From positions 12,366,550 to 12,430,549 of the forward strand of contig NC_090404.1 of the NCBI RefSeq assembly GCF_036365525.1: 64,000 bases of DNA, written 5' to 3'. Position numbers and translations under genes: made by a program. The stretch is from Heterodontus francisci. Taxonomy: Eukaryota. Of this stretch, positions 1-12,839 are shown piece by piece. The notes beneath the pieces were generated by a model, which was not told the DNA's origin, ran no database searches, and saw only the letters and a program-made list of their open reading frames with translations. Numbering within the stretch: the first letter of the stretch is position 1; the number at the start of each line of letters is the position of its first letter.

Positions 1-550
1 CCCAAGACTGAATTTTGTCCAGATATTGCTGTATGCACGCTCGGACTGCTTCATTTTCTGAGGATTTACGAATGGAACTGAACCCTGTGGAATTTTATTT
101 GAACATCCCCACGTCTGACCCTGTGATGGAGGGACTGTCATTGATTAAGCAGCTCCATAACTTGCCGCCCCCTCGCCAAGCTGCTCCAGTACAGCTACAA
201 CACTAGCATCTACCCAGCAATGTGGAAAATTGTCAAGGTATGTCCTGTCTACAAATAACAGGACAAGTCGAACCCGGCCCCATCAGTCTACTCTCAATCG
301 TCAGTCAAGTGATGGAAGGTGTCGTCAACAGTGCTATCAAGCGGCACTTGCTTAGCAATAACCTGCTCAGTGACGCGTAGATTGGGTTCCGCCAGGGTCA
401 CTCAGCTCCTGATTTCATTTCAGCCTTGGTTCAAACATGGACAAAAGAACTGAAGTCAAGAGTGAGGTGGGAGTGACCGCCTTTGACTTCAAGGCCACAT
501 TTGACCCAGTATGGCATCAACTGCAGCCAGTAGGAATCAGGGGGAAAACT
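1..550. mobile_element. LINE family B fragments (1-165 reverse, 165-550 forward)
   Basis: Homologous to the RT region at 7940-8350 and to the reverse of 8480-8620. Confidence 0.75.
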
Positions 551-894
551 CTCCGTAGGAATAACTGAGACAAGGACCAGTCTAATATAAAGAGAGGTAG
601 AGTCTGGTACAGTCATAACTGAGACAGGACCTATTGTAACATAAACAGAGACATGGACTAGTGCAGTAATAACAGAGACAGGGCCGAGTTATCTGTTTTA
701 TGCCTGCCTTCCCCACCAAGCACCAACACACCCCCACCTCCCATCCCCCCCCCACAATACCACCCCACCCCGCCCCTTAAATAGAGTGATTATATTTGCT
801 AATTTCCAGTGTGATCGAACCTCTCCAGAATCTAGCCAAGTTTACAAAAACTAAAACCAACGCATTTACTACCTCATTAGCCACCTTTTTTAAG

Positions 895-1900
895 ACCCTA
901 AATTGAGAGTCCTACATAAGAGACTAGCGTGTAAAATTAAAGCGCATGGGATGGGGGGTAGTGTATTGTGATGGATAGAAAATTGGTTAGCAGACAGGAA
1001 ACAAAGAGTAGGGATAAATGGGCCTTTTTCCCAATGGCAGGCTGGTGGGCTAACACAGAGATCGGTGCTAGGACCCCAACTGCTCAGCATAAAAATTAAT
1101 GATTTAGATGAGGGAACTAAATGTAAGATCTCCAAATTTGTACATGACACAAAACTGGGTGGGAGGGTGAGTTGTGAGGAGGATGCAGAGAGGTTTCAGG
1201 GTGATTTGGACAAGTTGAGTGAGTGGGAAAATGCATGGCAGATGCAGTATAATGTGGATAAATGTGAGGTTATCCACTTTGATAGCAAAAACAGGAAGGC
1301 AGATTATTATCTGAACGGCTATAAACTGAGAGAGGGGAATGTGCAGCGAGACCTGGGTGTTCTCGTACACCAGTCGCTGAATGTAAGCAAGCTGGTGCAA
1401 CAGGTGGTAAAAAAGGCAAACGGTATGTTGGCCTTCATAGCGAGAGGATTCGAGTACAGGACCAGGGATGTCTTGCTGCATTTATACAGGGCCTTGGTAA
1501 GGCCACACCTGGAATACTGTGTGCAGTTCTGGTCTCCTTATCTGAGGAAGGATGTTATTGCTATCGAGGGAGTGCAGCGAAGGTTTACCAGACTGATTCC
1601 TGGGATTTTGGGACTTACCTATGAGGAGAGATTGAGTTGGTTAGGATTATATTCACTGAAGTGCTGAAGAGTGAGGGGGGGGCGGGGGATCTCATAGAAA
1701 CATATAAAATTCTAACAAGACTTGACAGGGTAGATGCAGGAAGGATGTTGCCGATGGTGGGGAAGTCCAGAACCAGGGATCATAGTCTAAGGAACGGGGT
1801 AAACCTTTCAGGACTGAGATGAGGAGAAATTTCGTCATCCAGATAGTGGTGAGCCTGTGGAATTCGCTACTATAGAAAGCAGTTGAGGCCAAAACAGTGT
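895..1900 (+). mobile_element. CR1 LINE (family A) 3' fragment, RT C-terminus
   Basis: LGPQL..INDLD...SKFVHDTKLGG...YRALVRPHLEYCVQFWSPY. Confidence 0.9.
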
Positions 1901-1919
1901 GGAGCCCCAGCCAAACTGT

Positions 1920-2920
1920 AGACAATGGGAATCAAGATTAAAACTCTCCACTGGTTGGAGTCATACCTCGCACAAAGGAAGATGCTTTTGGTTGTTGGAG
2001 GGCAATCACCTCAGCCCCGTCACTGTAGGGGTTCTAACGATCAGAAGTAGGGATATCGCTGATGATTGTAAGAAGTTCAGTACCATTTTCAACCCCTCAG
2101 ATACTGAAACCGTCCACGTCCAGATGCAGCAAGACCTGGACAACATTCAGGCTTGGACTGATAAGTACAAGTAACATTCGCGGCACACAAGTGTCAGACA
2201 ATCACGATCTGCAATGACAAAGATTCTAACCATCTCCCCTTGACATTCAATGGCATTGCCATCACTGAAATCTGCCACTATCAACATCCTGGGGGGTTAC
2301 CATTGACCAGAAAATGAACTGGCCAGCCGCATAACTACGATGGTTACAATAACATGTCAGAGAGGGGGCATTCTGCGTCGAGTAACTCACCTCCTGACTC
2401 CCCAATGCCTGTCCACCATCTACAAGGCACAAGCCAGGAGTGTGACGGAATACTCTCCACTTCCCTGGATGGGTGCAGCTCCAACAATAGTCAAGAAGCT
2501 CGACACCATCCAAGACAAAGCAGCCCGCTTGATTGTCACCCCATCCACACATGAAACATTCACACCCTACACCACCGACACACAGTGGCAGCAGTGTGAA
2601 CCATCTACAAGATGCACTGCAGCCTCCTTTGACAGCACCTTCCAAACCCACGACCTGTACCACCTAGAAGGACAAGGGCAGCAGATGCATAGGAACATTG
2701 CCACCTGCAAGTTGCCCTCTGAGCCACACACCATCCTGAATTTGAACTATATCGTAGTTCGTTCACTGTCGCTGGGTCAAAATTCTGGAACCCTCTCCTT
2801 CACAACGCTGTGGGAGTACCCACGCCAGATGGACTGCAGCGGTTCAAGAAAACTGCTCACAACCACCTTCTCAACGGTAGTTCGGAATGGGCAAGAAGTG
2901 TTGACCTTGCCAACGACGCT
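1920..2920 (+). mobile_element. CR1-superfamily LINE family B 3' fragment
   Basis: ADDC..., QQDLDNIQAW, GILRRVTHLL, KKLDTIQDKAARLI; its tail resumes after 3800. Confidence 0.85.
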
Positions 2921-3800
2921 CAGATAGTGAAGGGGACTGTCAGAGAATACAGCAGAATATAGATAGACTGGAGAGTTGGGCAGAGAAATGGCAGATGGAG
3001 TTCAATCAGGGCAAATGCGAGGTGATGCATTTTGGAAGATCCAATACAAGAGTGAACTATACAGTAAATGGAAAAGTCCTGGGGAAAATTGATGTACAGA
3101 GAGATTTGGGTGTTCAGGTCCATTGTTCTCTGAAGGTGGCAACGCAGGTCAATAGAGTGGTCAAGAAGGCATACGGCATGCTTTCCTTCATCGGACGGGG
3201 TATTGAGTACAAGAGTTGGCAGGTCATGTTACAGTTGTATAGGACTTTGGTTCGGCCACATTTGGAATACTGCGTGCAGTTCTGGTCGCCACATTACCAA
3301 AAGGATGTGAATGCTTTGGAGAGGGTGCAGAGGAGGTTCACCAGGATGTTGCCTGGTATGGAGGGCGCTAGCTATGAAGAGAGGTTGAGTAGATTAGGAT
3401 TATTTTCATTAGAAAGACGGAGGTTGAGGGGGGACCTGATTGAGGTGTACAAAATCATGAGTGGTATAGACAGGGTGGATAGCAAGAAGCTTTTTCCCAG
3501 AGTGGGGGATTCAGTTACTAGGGGTCAAAGTGAGAGGGGAAAAGTTTAGGGGGGATATGCGTGGAAAGTTCTTGACACAGAGGGTGGTGGGTGCTGGAAC
3601 ATGTTGCCAGCGGAGGTGGTAGACGCGGGCACGATACCGTCTTTTAAGATGTATCGAGACAGATACATGAATGGGCAGGAATCAAAGAGATACAGACCCT
3701 TAAAAATAGGCGTCATGTTTAGATAGAGGATCTGGATCGGCGCAGGCTTGGAGGGCCGAAGGGCCTGTTCCTGTGCTGTAAATTTCTTTGTTCTTTGTTC
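2921..3800 (+). mobile_element. Young CR1 LINE 3' fragment nested in the family-B tail
   Basis: Near-identical to 62400-63285; ends in (TCTTTGT)n. Confidence 0.92.
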
Positions 3801-3834
3801 AACCCACGAAATGATTCACAAAAATCAAAGGTAG

Positions 3835-4260
3835 GTACAGAACATGTTAGATACAGAGTAAATCTCCCTCTGAACTGCCTCATCAAATACTCCCAGAGCA
3901 GGTACAGGACAGGTTAAATACAGCGTAAAGGTCCATCTATGCTCTCCCATCAAACTCTTCAAGGGCTAGCACAACACGGGCGAGATACAAAGTAAATCTT
4001 CCTCCTCACTGTCACATCAAACCCTCCCAGGGCAGGTACTGCAAGGGTTAGATACAGAGTAATGGTCCCCTCCCATCAGGTATTCACAGGGCAGGTGCAG
4101 CACGTGTTAGATACAGAGTAAACCTCCCTCTACACTTCCAGCTCAAATATTCCCAGGGCTGGTACAGCACGGCTTAGACACAGAGTAAACAGCTCTCTAC
4201 GCAGTCGCATCAAACATCCCAGGCTATCGAATGAAAAAGACACATTTTAGGGTAAAGCTC
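3835..4260 (+). repeat. 67-bp tandem repeat (GTTAGATACAGAGTAAA...CCCATCAAACACTCCCAGGGCAGGTACAGCACGG)
   Basis: Unit starts at 3846, 3913, 3980 and 4047. Confidence 0.9.
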
Positions 4261-5049
4261 CCTTTGTATTCCCAACGATTTGGTTAGAGACCGATGCATA
4301 GGGATCAGACTAAACGTTGTTAAGATGTTGACTTCATATTGTGAGGTAAAACAATGACCCATTCTTGAGAGGCAAGACATAGGTCATGCTAGGAGAGAGA
4401 GAGACAGCGAGGGAGAGGATACAGTAAGTCTCCACAAAAAACTTGTGCAATGTCATTATATCCAGCAGTTAGAGATAGTCTTTACCAATTCTGAACTGAG
4501 ATATCATCTTTACTTGATTCTCATATAACTGATAGAAATGTTCTAAAAATCAATTGTTATTCGAATCCGTTGGGAAATTTGCATTTTTCTCTCTCTATAG
4601 CTGTGGTCTGTAGGTGAGGAAATATTTATTGTGCTTCTGCTGCTCAAGACTCTAATCTCGGAATTCTATTTCTGTGTTTATTTACATGAACGCCTCACTG
4701 ATTTCATTGAAGTGTTCATGGCAGCAAAGCCAGATCCACGAAGTCATTTATTGATTTCTTCAACTCAAAACAAAGGTTTATTTTCAGAATTTTGAAAGTT
4801 GGTACAAAATGAATAGAAACATTTCAAACAGTGAAAAAGAAATAAAGAATTCAGTTCTGAAAGTTCTACTGCCGCAGTTACTAGAACATCTCTGAACAGG
4901 CTGGTATTTCACTGAATGTTCATTTAATGGAATCTTTTTCCTAGTTGAACAAACAAGTTAAACAGTGACCAGAGGAGTGGCCTACAATCGTATAAGTCTC
5001 AGAGCTTTCAAAATATCGCAACCTATATTTTAAAATGTTTACATCTGGA

Positions 5050-5460
5050 TAAAACATATTTATACAGCACATTTCACAGCCTCAGGATGTCCCAAAGCAC
5101 TTTACACTCAGTGAGATATTTATGTTGAAGTATAGTCACTGTTGTAATTTTGGAAAGACAGGGGCAAATTTGTGCACAGCAAGCTCCCACGAACAGAGAT
5201 GTGTTAAATGACAGATCACTTATTTATCAATGACGCTTGATGAGGGATAAATATTGGCCTGGGATACTGGGAAGAACTCCTTGATCTTTAATATAGTGCC
5301 ACTGAGATTTCACATTCGACTGAGATGGCATTACCTCATTCGAAAGACGGCACCGTAGACCATGCAATACTCTTTCAGCACTGGGTTATGGGCTCAAGAC
5401 TCTAGATTGAGCATACGACCTTCTAACTCAGATTCAAGAGTGATTCTGGTGAGACAAGAC
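5050..5460 (-). mobile_element. Deu-SINE (SacSINE1-like), degenerate
   Basis: Reverse-strand Deu-domain phrases GGTGCCGTCTTTCG, GGCCAATATTTATCCCTCA, GTGGGAGCTTGCTGTGCACAAATT, ACAACAGTGACTA; family assignment from recall. Confidence 0.7.
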
Positions 5461-5635
5461 CTGTATGTTATCTCAGTTTGCTACTTCGGTCAGTGTATCT
5501 AAAATTCAGGACATGAGACAAGTATTACAGAGATTTGTTTATTTGTCAGGGACTCGTTCTCTAATTACCCCAGGGTGTTATTCTAACACTGGGCTGTTGT
5601 AACAGTGCATGGGATTTCCACTAGGACTGTATAAA

Positions 5636-5985
5636 GGGCGGCACAGTGGCGCAGTGGTTAGCACCGCAGCCTCACAGCTCCAGCGATCGCGTTCAATTCT
5701 GGGTACTGCCTGTGAGGAGTTTGCAAAATCTCCCTGCGTCTGCGTGGGTTTCCTCCGGGTGCTCCGGTTTCCTCCCACAGCCAAAAGACTTGCAGGTTGA
5801 TAGGTAAATTGGCCATTATAAATTGCCCCTCGTATAGGTCGGTGGTAGGGAAATATAGAGACAGGTGAGGATGTGGCAGGAATATGGGATTAGTGTAGGA
5901 TTAGTATAAATGGGCGGTTAATGGTCGGCACAGACTCGGTGGGCTGAAGGGCCTGTTTCAGTGCTGTATCTCTAAATCTAAATCA
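5636..5985 (+). mobile_element. tRNA-derived V-SINE (HE1-like), full length
   Basis: A box TGGCGCAGTGG, B box GTTCAATTC, V-domain TGCGTGGGTTTCCTCCGGGTGCTCCGGTTTCCTCCCACA, 3' tail GAAGGGCCTGTTTC shared with CR1 tails in this window. Confidence 0.9.
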
Positions 5986-6149
5986 AAAGTGTTAGCGTTT
6001 CCGAAAAGAACATCTGGAAGCACCTGAGACTGAATGAGTTTTACACTGAGTGAGATGTTCTATCAGCGCAGCTGGGATTAAACATAGAAAATTCTGGAAA
6101 TATTCAGGATGTCAGGCAGCCTTTGTGGAGAATAAAACAAAATTAACTC

Positions 6150-6320
6150 TGTAATAACTTCCCTACACCTCTTTACTTGACTTTAAGACACTCTTTATAA
6201 ACTACATCCTTGACTAAGCATTTGGTCATCTGACCTAATATCTCCTTTTGAGACTCAGTGTCATACTTCGTTTTATATTGATCCTGTGAAGCACCTTGGG
6301 ATGTTATATCACGTTAACGG
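6150..6320 (+). mobile_element. L2-type LINE 3' end fragment
   Basis: CCTAATATCTCCTT...CCTGTGAAGCACCTTGGGATGTT tail resembling the Deu-SINE tail; assignment from recall. Confidence 0.5.
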
Positions 6321-6324
6321 TGTT

Positions 6325-6960
6325 CTCGGCACTGTCTCCGTTAATATTAGTCTATGCCTGCAACTGTAATCACTTCACTAGGCCGTGTCTCAGTTTATAT
6401 CAATCCAGATCCTGTATGAGTATTTCCTGCTCTAAATCCTGTCTCGGTTTATATTAATCTCGACCCCGTATCAGTAATCACTGCACTAGGCCCTGGCTTC
6501 GTTTATATTATTCTAGGCCCTGTATTAGCAATTCCTGTACTAGACCCTGTCTCAGTTTATATTATTCTAGGATTTATATCAGTAATTCCAGCACAGGACC
6601 CTGTCTCGTTTATTTTATTCCAGATCCTGCAGCTCTATTAGTTTCACTCGGCTCTGTCTCGGTTACTGTTGTGCCAGCGGCTGCGTGTGGTTATCATAAA
6701 GGTGACCATTTCTGTTTATATTACTCCAGAGCATGTCTCTCTTTATCATACAGTTAGCCCTCGCTCTCTTCATATTCAGTTGACTATGTCTCTTCCAACA
6801 TTGCACTCGGCCAGGCCAGGCCAGGTCCTACTTTATATTATACCAGAACATGTCGAGATTATTACTGGATTAGACCATGTTTCTTTGTATTTTACACTCG
6901 GCATTGTCTCAGTTCTTACTGCACGAGGCCCTGTCCCAGTTTATATTGCACCATATCTTA
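6325..6960 (+). repeat. 27-bp satellite array (ACTAGACCCTGTCTCTGTTTATATTAC-like)
   Basis: 27-nt periodicity, with 26/28-nt alternating variants. Confidence 0.85.
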
Positions 6961-7569
6961 CTGAGTGCTGCACATTACAACATCTGTTAGAAATAGATAG
7001 ATGTAAATATAGATTTATAGATAGACAGACAGTTAGAGTTATATTATGCATATAAATAAAGACAGGCCATGTACATATCTATATCTATCCATAGATCTAT
7101 ATATCTACATAAAATTCAATTATTTTAGGTAAGAAACAGACGTTTAGTCTTGTGAATAGCGATCAGCAGCTAAGTGTAATTTATAAATGTTCTGGTATAT
7201 TTGGGTAATATTTGTGCTGAGAGGATAGAGTGATTCTTGTAACAATCTCCCAGAGATGACCTGGGATTGAGGGACAGGACTAAATGTGAGCAATAGTGCA
7301 GTGCACTTCAGACTACCTGGTGACAAACTCTGTTGTGTTAAAGTTTATTAATTCACTCTTGTGTTGCTCTATACCCATTGTTCACAGTTGGTTAATGTTA
7401 AGAATTATTTTCACTTCAGAATTTTCTGTTCAGCTTTCGCCTGACCCATTCATTATGTCATACTGAGCCTGGAATCATCCCCTAGTCGAATTGCCGCCGC
7501 AGGATCTTATTCTCTGTTCGATTAGAAGTCTCTCATTGGTTAAGAGTTGTGACAATAAACAGCTTTCAC

Positions 7570-9430
7570 AAAACGGATCAGATCTAAGATCTGCAGTCGT
7601 GCCACATCCAGTAGCGAATGCTGGTGGACAATTAAACAACTAACTGGAGGAGGTGGCTCCACAAATATCCCCATCCTCAATGAAGGGAGAGCCCAGCACA
7701 TCAGTGCAAAAGCCAAGGCTGAAGCATTTCCATCCTTCTTCAGCCACAAGGGCCGATTTGATTGATGATCCATCTCAGCCACTTCTGAAGTCCCTAGCAT
7801 CGCAGATGCCGGTCTTCAGCAAATTCGATTCACTCCACGTGATATCAAGAAACGACTGAAGGCACTGGATACTGCAAAGGCTATGGTTCATGACAATCTT
7901 ACAGCAATAGTACTGAAGACTTGTGCTCCAGAAATTACCGTGCCCCTATCCAACCTGTTCCAGTACAGCTATAACACTGCCATCTACTCGGCAATGTGAA
8001 AAATTGCCCAGGTACGTCCTGTACACAAAAAGCAGGATAAGGCCAACCAGGTCAAATACCGGCCTATCAGTCTACTCCTAAATATCAGTAAAGTGATGGA
8101 AGGTGATGTCGAAAGTGCGATCAAGCAGCCCTTGCTTAGCAATAACCTGCTCAGTGACGCTCTGTTTGTGTTCCGCGAGGGCCACTAGCTCTTGATTTCA
8201 TTACAGCCTTGGTTCAAACTTGGGCAAAAGAGCAGAACGCCAGAGGTGAGGTGAGATTGACTGCCCTTGATATCAAGGCAGAATTTGACCGAATATGGCA
8301 TCAAGGAGCCCGAGCAAAATTGGAATCAATGGGAATCAGGGGGAAAACTCTGCTGGTTGGAGTCGAACCTAGCACAAAGGAAGATGGTTGTGGTTGTTGA
8401 AGGTCAATCATTGCAGCTCTAGGACATCACTGCAGGAGCTCCTCAGGGTAGTTTCCTAGGCCAAACCACTATCAGCTGCTTCATCAATGTCCTACCTTCA
8501 ATCATAAGGTCAGAAGTGGGGATGTTCACTGATGATTGCACAATATTCAGCACCTTTCGTGACTCCTCAGATACTGAAGCAGTTCGTGTAGAAATGCTGC
8601 AAGACCTAGAACGATCCAGGGTTGTGCCGACAAGTGGCAAGTAACATTCGCACCACACAAGTGCCAGGCCAAGGCCATCTCCAGCAAGAGAGAATCTAGC
8701 CATCTCCCCTTGAAATTTAATGGCATTACAATCACTGAATCCCCCACTATCAACATCCTGGAGGTTATGATTGACCAGAAACTGAACTGAAGCAGCCATA
8801 TAAATACCGTAGCTACAAGAGCAGATCAAAGGCTGGGACTCCTGAGGCGGGTAACTCACCTCCTAACTCTGCAAAGCCCGTCCACCATCTACAAGACACA
8901 AGTCAGGAGTGTGATGGAATACTCCCAACTTCTCTGGATGGGTGCAGCTCCAAGAACACTCAAGAAGCTCGACACCATCCAAGACAAAACGGCCCACTTG
9001 ATTGGCACCCCATCCACAAACATTCACTCCCTCCACCACCGACGCACATTGCCAATAGTGTGCACCATCTACAAGATGCAGTGCAGCATCGCAGCAAGGC
9101 TCGTTAGATAGCACATTCCAAACCCGCGGGGCCGCGATTTCTACCACCTAGAAGGACAAGGGCAGCAGATGTACGGTAACACCACCAGCTGCAAGATCCC
9201 CTCCAAGCCACACATCATTCTGATTTGGAACTACATCGTCGTTCCTTCACTGCCGCTGGTTCAAAATCCGGACTCTCCCTTCTTAACAGCACTGTGGTTG
9301 TACCTACCCCACATGGACTGCAGCGGTGCAAGAAGGCAGCTCACCACCACCTTCTCAAGGACAAGAAGGCATGGGAATTAATTACTGGCCTTATCAGCGG
9401 TGCTCACATCCCATGACTGAATTCAAAAAA
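7570..9430 (+). mobile_element. LINE family B, RT plus 3' end, degenerate
   Basis: YRPISLL, ALDIKAEFDRIWH, PQGS.LGP, ...AHHHLLK; A-rich end. Confidence 0.88.
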
Positions 9431-9439
9431 TGTTTTCCA

Positions 9440-10080
9440 GAAGATCATAAGATCTTAACCCTTGACACCCTTGACAGAAATCAGCCGTGAATATATTCAG
9501 TGATCCAGCCTCCAGAGGTCCCTAGGGGAGGGAATTCCAAAGATTAACCACCCTCTCTGAGAAGAAATTCTTCCTTATTTCTGTCTTAAATGGAAGACCA
9601 CTTATTCTGAAACAGTGCCCCTTCGTTCGAGATTTCCCGAAAGCGCAAATATCCTCTCAGCATCGACTCTTTCAAGCACCTCCAAGGAATATAGGACGAA
9701 CATGCTCAGCATTTCCTTATAAGACAACTACTTCATCCCCGGAATTAGCCAAGTGAACCTTCTCTGAACTGTCTCCAATACAAGAATATCCCTCAAGTAA
9801 GGAGACCATAATTGTACCCAGTACTCTATTTACAGTCTCATCCATGCCCTGTACAGTTGCAGCAAGTCTTCCCTACTTTTATACTCCAACGCCCTTGCAA
9901 TAGATGCCAACATTCCATTTGCCTTCCTAGTTATTTGCTGTCCCTGAATGCTAACCTTTTTGTGTTTCACGTACAAGGACACCCAGAACTCAGCATCCTG
10001 AAGTATCTCTCCATTTAAATTATATTCTGTTCTTCTATTCTTCCCACCAAAGTGAACACCCTCACATATTCCCGCATTAT
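9440..10080 (-). mobile_element. CR1 LINE 3' fragment, degenerate
   Basis: Reverse-strand similarity to the CR1 RT C-terminus. Confidence 0.65.
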
Positions 10081-10404
10081 ATTATATGTGAGTGTATGTG
10101 GATATGTGCGTTTGTGTGTGTGTGCTTGTGTATAAGTGTCTGTGTGTATGTTTGTGTGTGTGGGTGTCTGGGTGTGTGTGCATGTGTGTGTGCCTATCAG
10201 ACATCATTCTTAATGGTTGCAGTACGTTGCCCCAAAATAAGTGATTATCTCCAACTAGCATTTTACAGCATTTTATTTGCATTTATTAAAAAGTACCAAC
10301 ATTGCAAATCATTTAATAGCAATAACATGTATTCACATTCCATTCTGTTGTCTGCTCTTGTTTAGAAAGCAATCTCACGCTGACCAAGGCGAGCATGTCA
10401 GTCA

Positions 10405-10651
10405 CCGAACTCACTGAACCATTCTCCTCTCTCACAGACTGAACTGACTGAACCTCCCTCCTCTCTCTCTGACTGAACTCACTGAACCTCTCTCCTCTCT
10501 CTCAGACTGAACTCACTGAACCTCTATCCTCTCTCAGACTTCATCGAACTCACAGAGCCGCTGTTCCCTCTCTTATAAACCACCCAACTCACTGAAACTA
10601 ACTTTTCTCTCTTCTGAGACAGTTCTAACTCACTCAGCCTCTTTAGTCAAT
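10405..10651 (+). repeat. Tandem repeat of about 33 bp (CTGAACTCACTGAACCTCTCTCCTCTCT) running into the gap
   Basis: 6-7 degenerate units. Confidence 0.8.
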
Positions 10652-10828
10652 NNNNNNNNNNNNNNNNNNNNNNNNNNNNNNNNNNNNNNNNNNNNNNNNN
10701 NNNNNNNNNNNNNNNNNNNNNNNNNNNNNNNNNNNNNNNNNNNNNNNNNNNNNNNNNNNNNNNNNNNNNNNNNNNNNNNNNNNNNNNNNNNNNNNNNNNN
10801 NNNNNNNNNNNNNNNNNNNNNNNNNNNN
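10652..10828. other. Assembly gap (177 N)
   Basis: Run of n. Confidence 1.
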
Positions 10829-11589
10829 TTAAAATCTCCTATTTTCTGATAACTCTCTTTGAAGAAAATCCATTTTTAATTTCCCTTTATGTCACCCAAT
10901 GACAATCCTCTGCCCTTCTCCCACTTCAGTGAATGCGCTAAAATAAAACATAATAAGCTAACATGATCCAGTCTTTAAAATGACAATGGAGGTGAATGGA
11001 ATGCTGAGACCATAAACAATCTGTATGCTGGTTCATGGTGCTGTCAGAGTGAATCCACCCTCACAGGCAGGAAGATTGTTCATGGTGATAACATGAAACT
11101 GACGACTGCTATTTCATGCTCAGGCAACACAACTTCCTGTTTCTCTGCTGCCGGTTGCAAACCGCACATCTCACTTCTGAGCAGAAAATAAATCCAGGGG
11201 TCACAATCTGGTGGAAACATCTGTGAAGGCGGCCTATATCTGGCCACAGAGTCGTTGCAGAGTCATACAAATCACATTGTGGTGACATTTGCAAATTAAC
11301 CTGTTGTTTCTGTTTCAAGTCTCCATTCCCGGACACAACTGGCAATGTATGTGGATTAGTCACTGAGCTCCCTCTGCTCTCTGGAGCCGGGAGCTGGTAG
11401 TTTGCTCCCTTTCATTTTATATCATTCCCAAAGTGCAGCCCTTGTTTCCTCCATTTCTCAGCGTTTATCTCTCACCATCTCGATTTTCTGCCTTTTTAAA
11501 GTCTCTCTCAATTTTTTCTCTTCGTCTTACTGTCTGTCGTTCTCTCTGTATCTCTCACCACCTTTATGTGTATGCCTATTTAGAAGATG

Positions 11590-11960
11590 TGTTCAAAATC
11601 AGGAGGGAATTTTGATAGATTATATGAGCAAAAACAGGTGTTGTCCTCTTTAAAGCAGAGAAGGTTAAGGGAAGATTTAATAGAGGTGTGCAAAATCAGG
11701 AAGGATTTTTGCTCGAGTAGATCGAGAGAAACTGTTACCAGTAGCAGGAGGGGTTGCAACCAGAGGACACAGAGATTTAAGATATTTGGCAACAGAACCG
11801 ATGGGGAGATGAAGAGAATTATTTGTTTACACAGCGATTTGTTGTGATCTGCAAGCTGGAAGCAGATTGAATTGCAACTTACAAAGGGAACTGGATAAAT
11901 ATCTGAAGGGGAGCAAATTAGAAGCGTTATTGGGAATGGGATTAATTGAACAGCTCACTC
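11590..11960 (+). mobile_element. CR1 LINE 3' end fragment
   Basis: SLKQRRLREDLIEVCKI. Confidence 0.7.
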
Positions 11961-12839
11961 ATTTATGCGGCAATCTGAATTTTTCTCTGGGGAGGTTTTG
12001 AACTTTGATCTTTTCAGGCATAATGTGCCTCAAACAGAAGATTTTAAACATTGGTTTCTATAAGCTGTCAGATCTTGCCCCTGTCTGTCTGTGTAACTCG
12101 AGAACTGCAGGCAAGGCTCAGAAGGAACAGATTATTTTTGTTCTTCTGACAGATGTACCATTGCTACCTCAGATATCAGAAATTTCTGGAGTCCCACATG
12201 TCCTCATGGTCATCCCCTTGGGTAGAACAGCTCTTCGTCAGGCGGAGTCAGTCACACGTGTCTCTGTCATAAGATCTCGACTCCTATTTTATCACACAAC
12301 TCCCTGCGTCACTCAGCATAGCGCAGACGACTGCAGTAGACCCAAAACGTCATTGCTTCCCTATTTTCTTTTACAATTGGATGTTTATTAGGCCCCTGCC
12401 TCCCTCAGTGTAAGATTAGCTGCAGCAAAAGCGTCCTCTTCTATTGATGCACTGGAGCTGGCCTCTGCGATTATTATTAGACAAGGTCCCAATCTGCCCT
12501 GGGGTCTGTAGTCAGAACTCCCTTCACAAAATCCCAGGAGACGGAGGTTCTTTTTTCGTACTAGGTGGTGCAATTATGTACCCAGGATCCTACCCTCGCT
12601 GGATGGAGAAACTGCCCAGAATTGCTCCAGCTGTCATTCTCCTCACTCCTTCTGACTCTATGAAAGTAGTGGGCTAAAGAACAGACAGACTTGCATTTGT
12701 CCTGGCACTGGGAGCATCGGCCTAGATTATGTGGTCGCGGCTCTGGAGTGGGGCTTGAACCCATAAAATTCTGACTCAGGGGTGAGAGTTTTACCAAATA
12801 GTCAATGCTGACATGATCTGTTTCCAGTTCCACTACAAA

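Noticed and set aside
4260-5040. Unique-looking segment with scattered splice-like signals
   Set aside because: No coherent exon or recognisable reading frame could be assembled
5636-5710. tRNA gene
   Set aside because: The A/B boxes belong to a multi-copy SINE head
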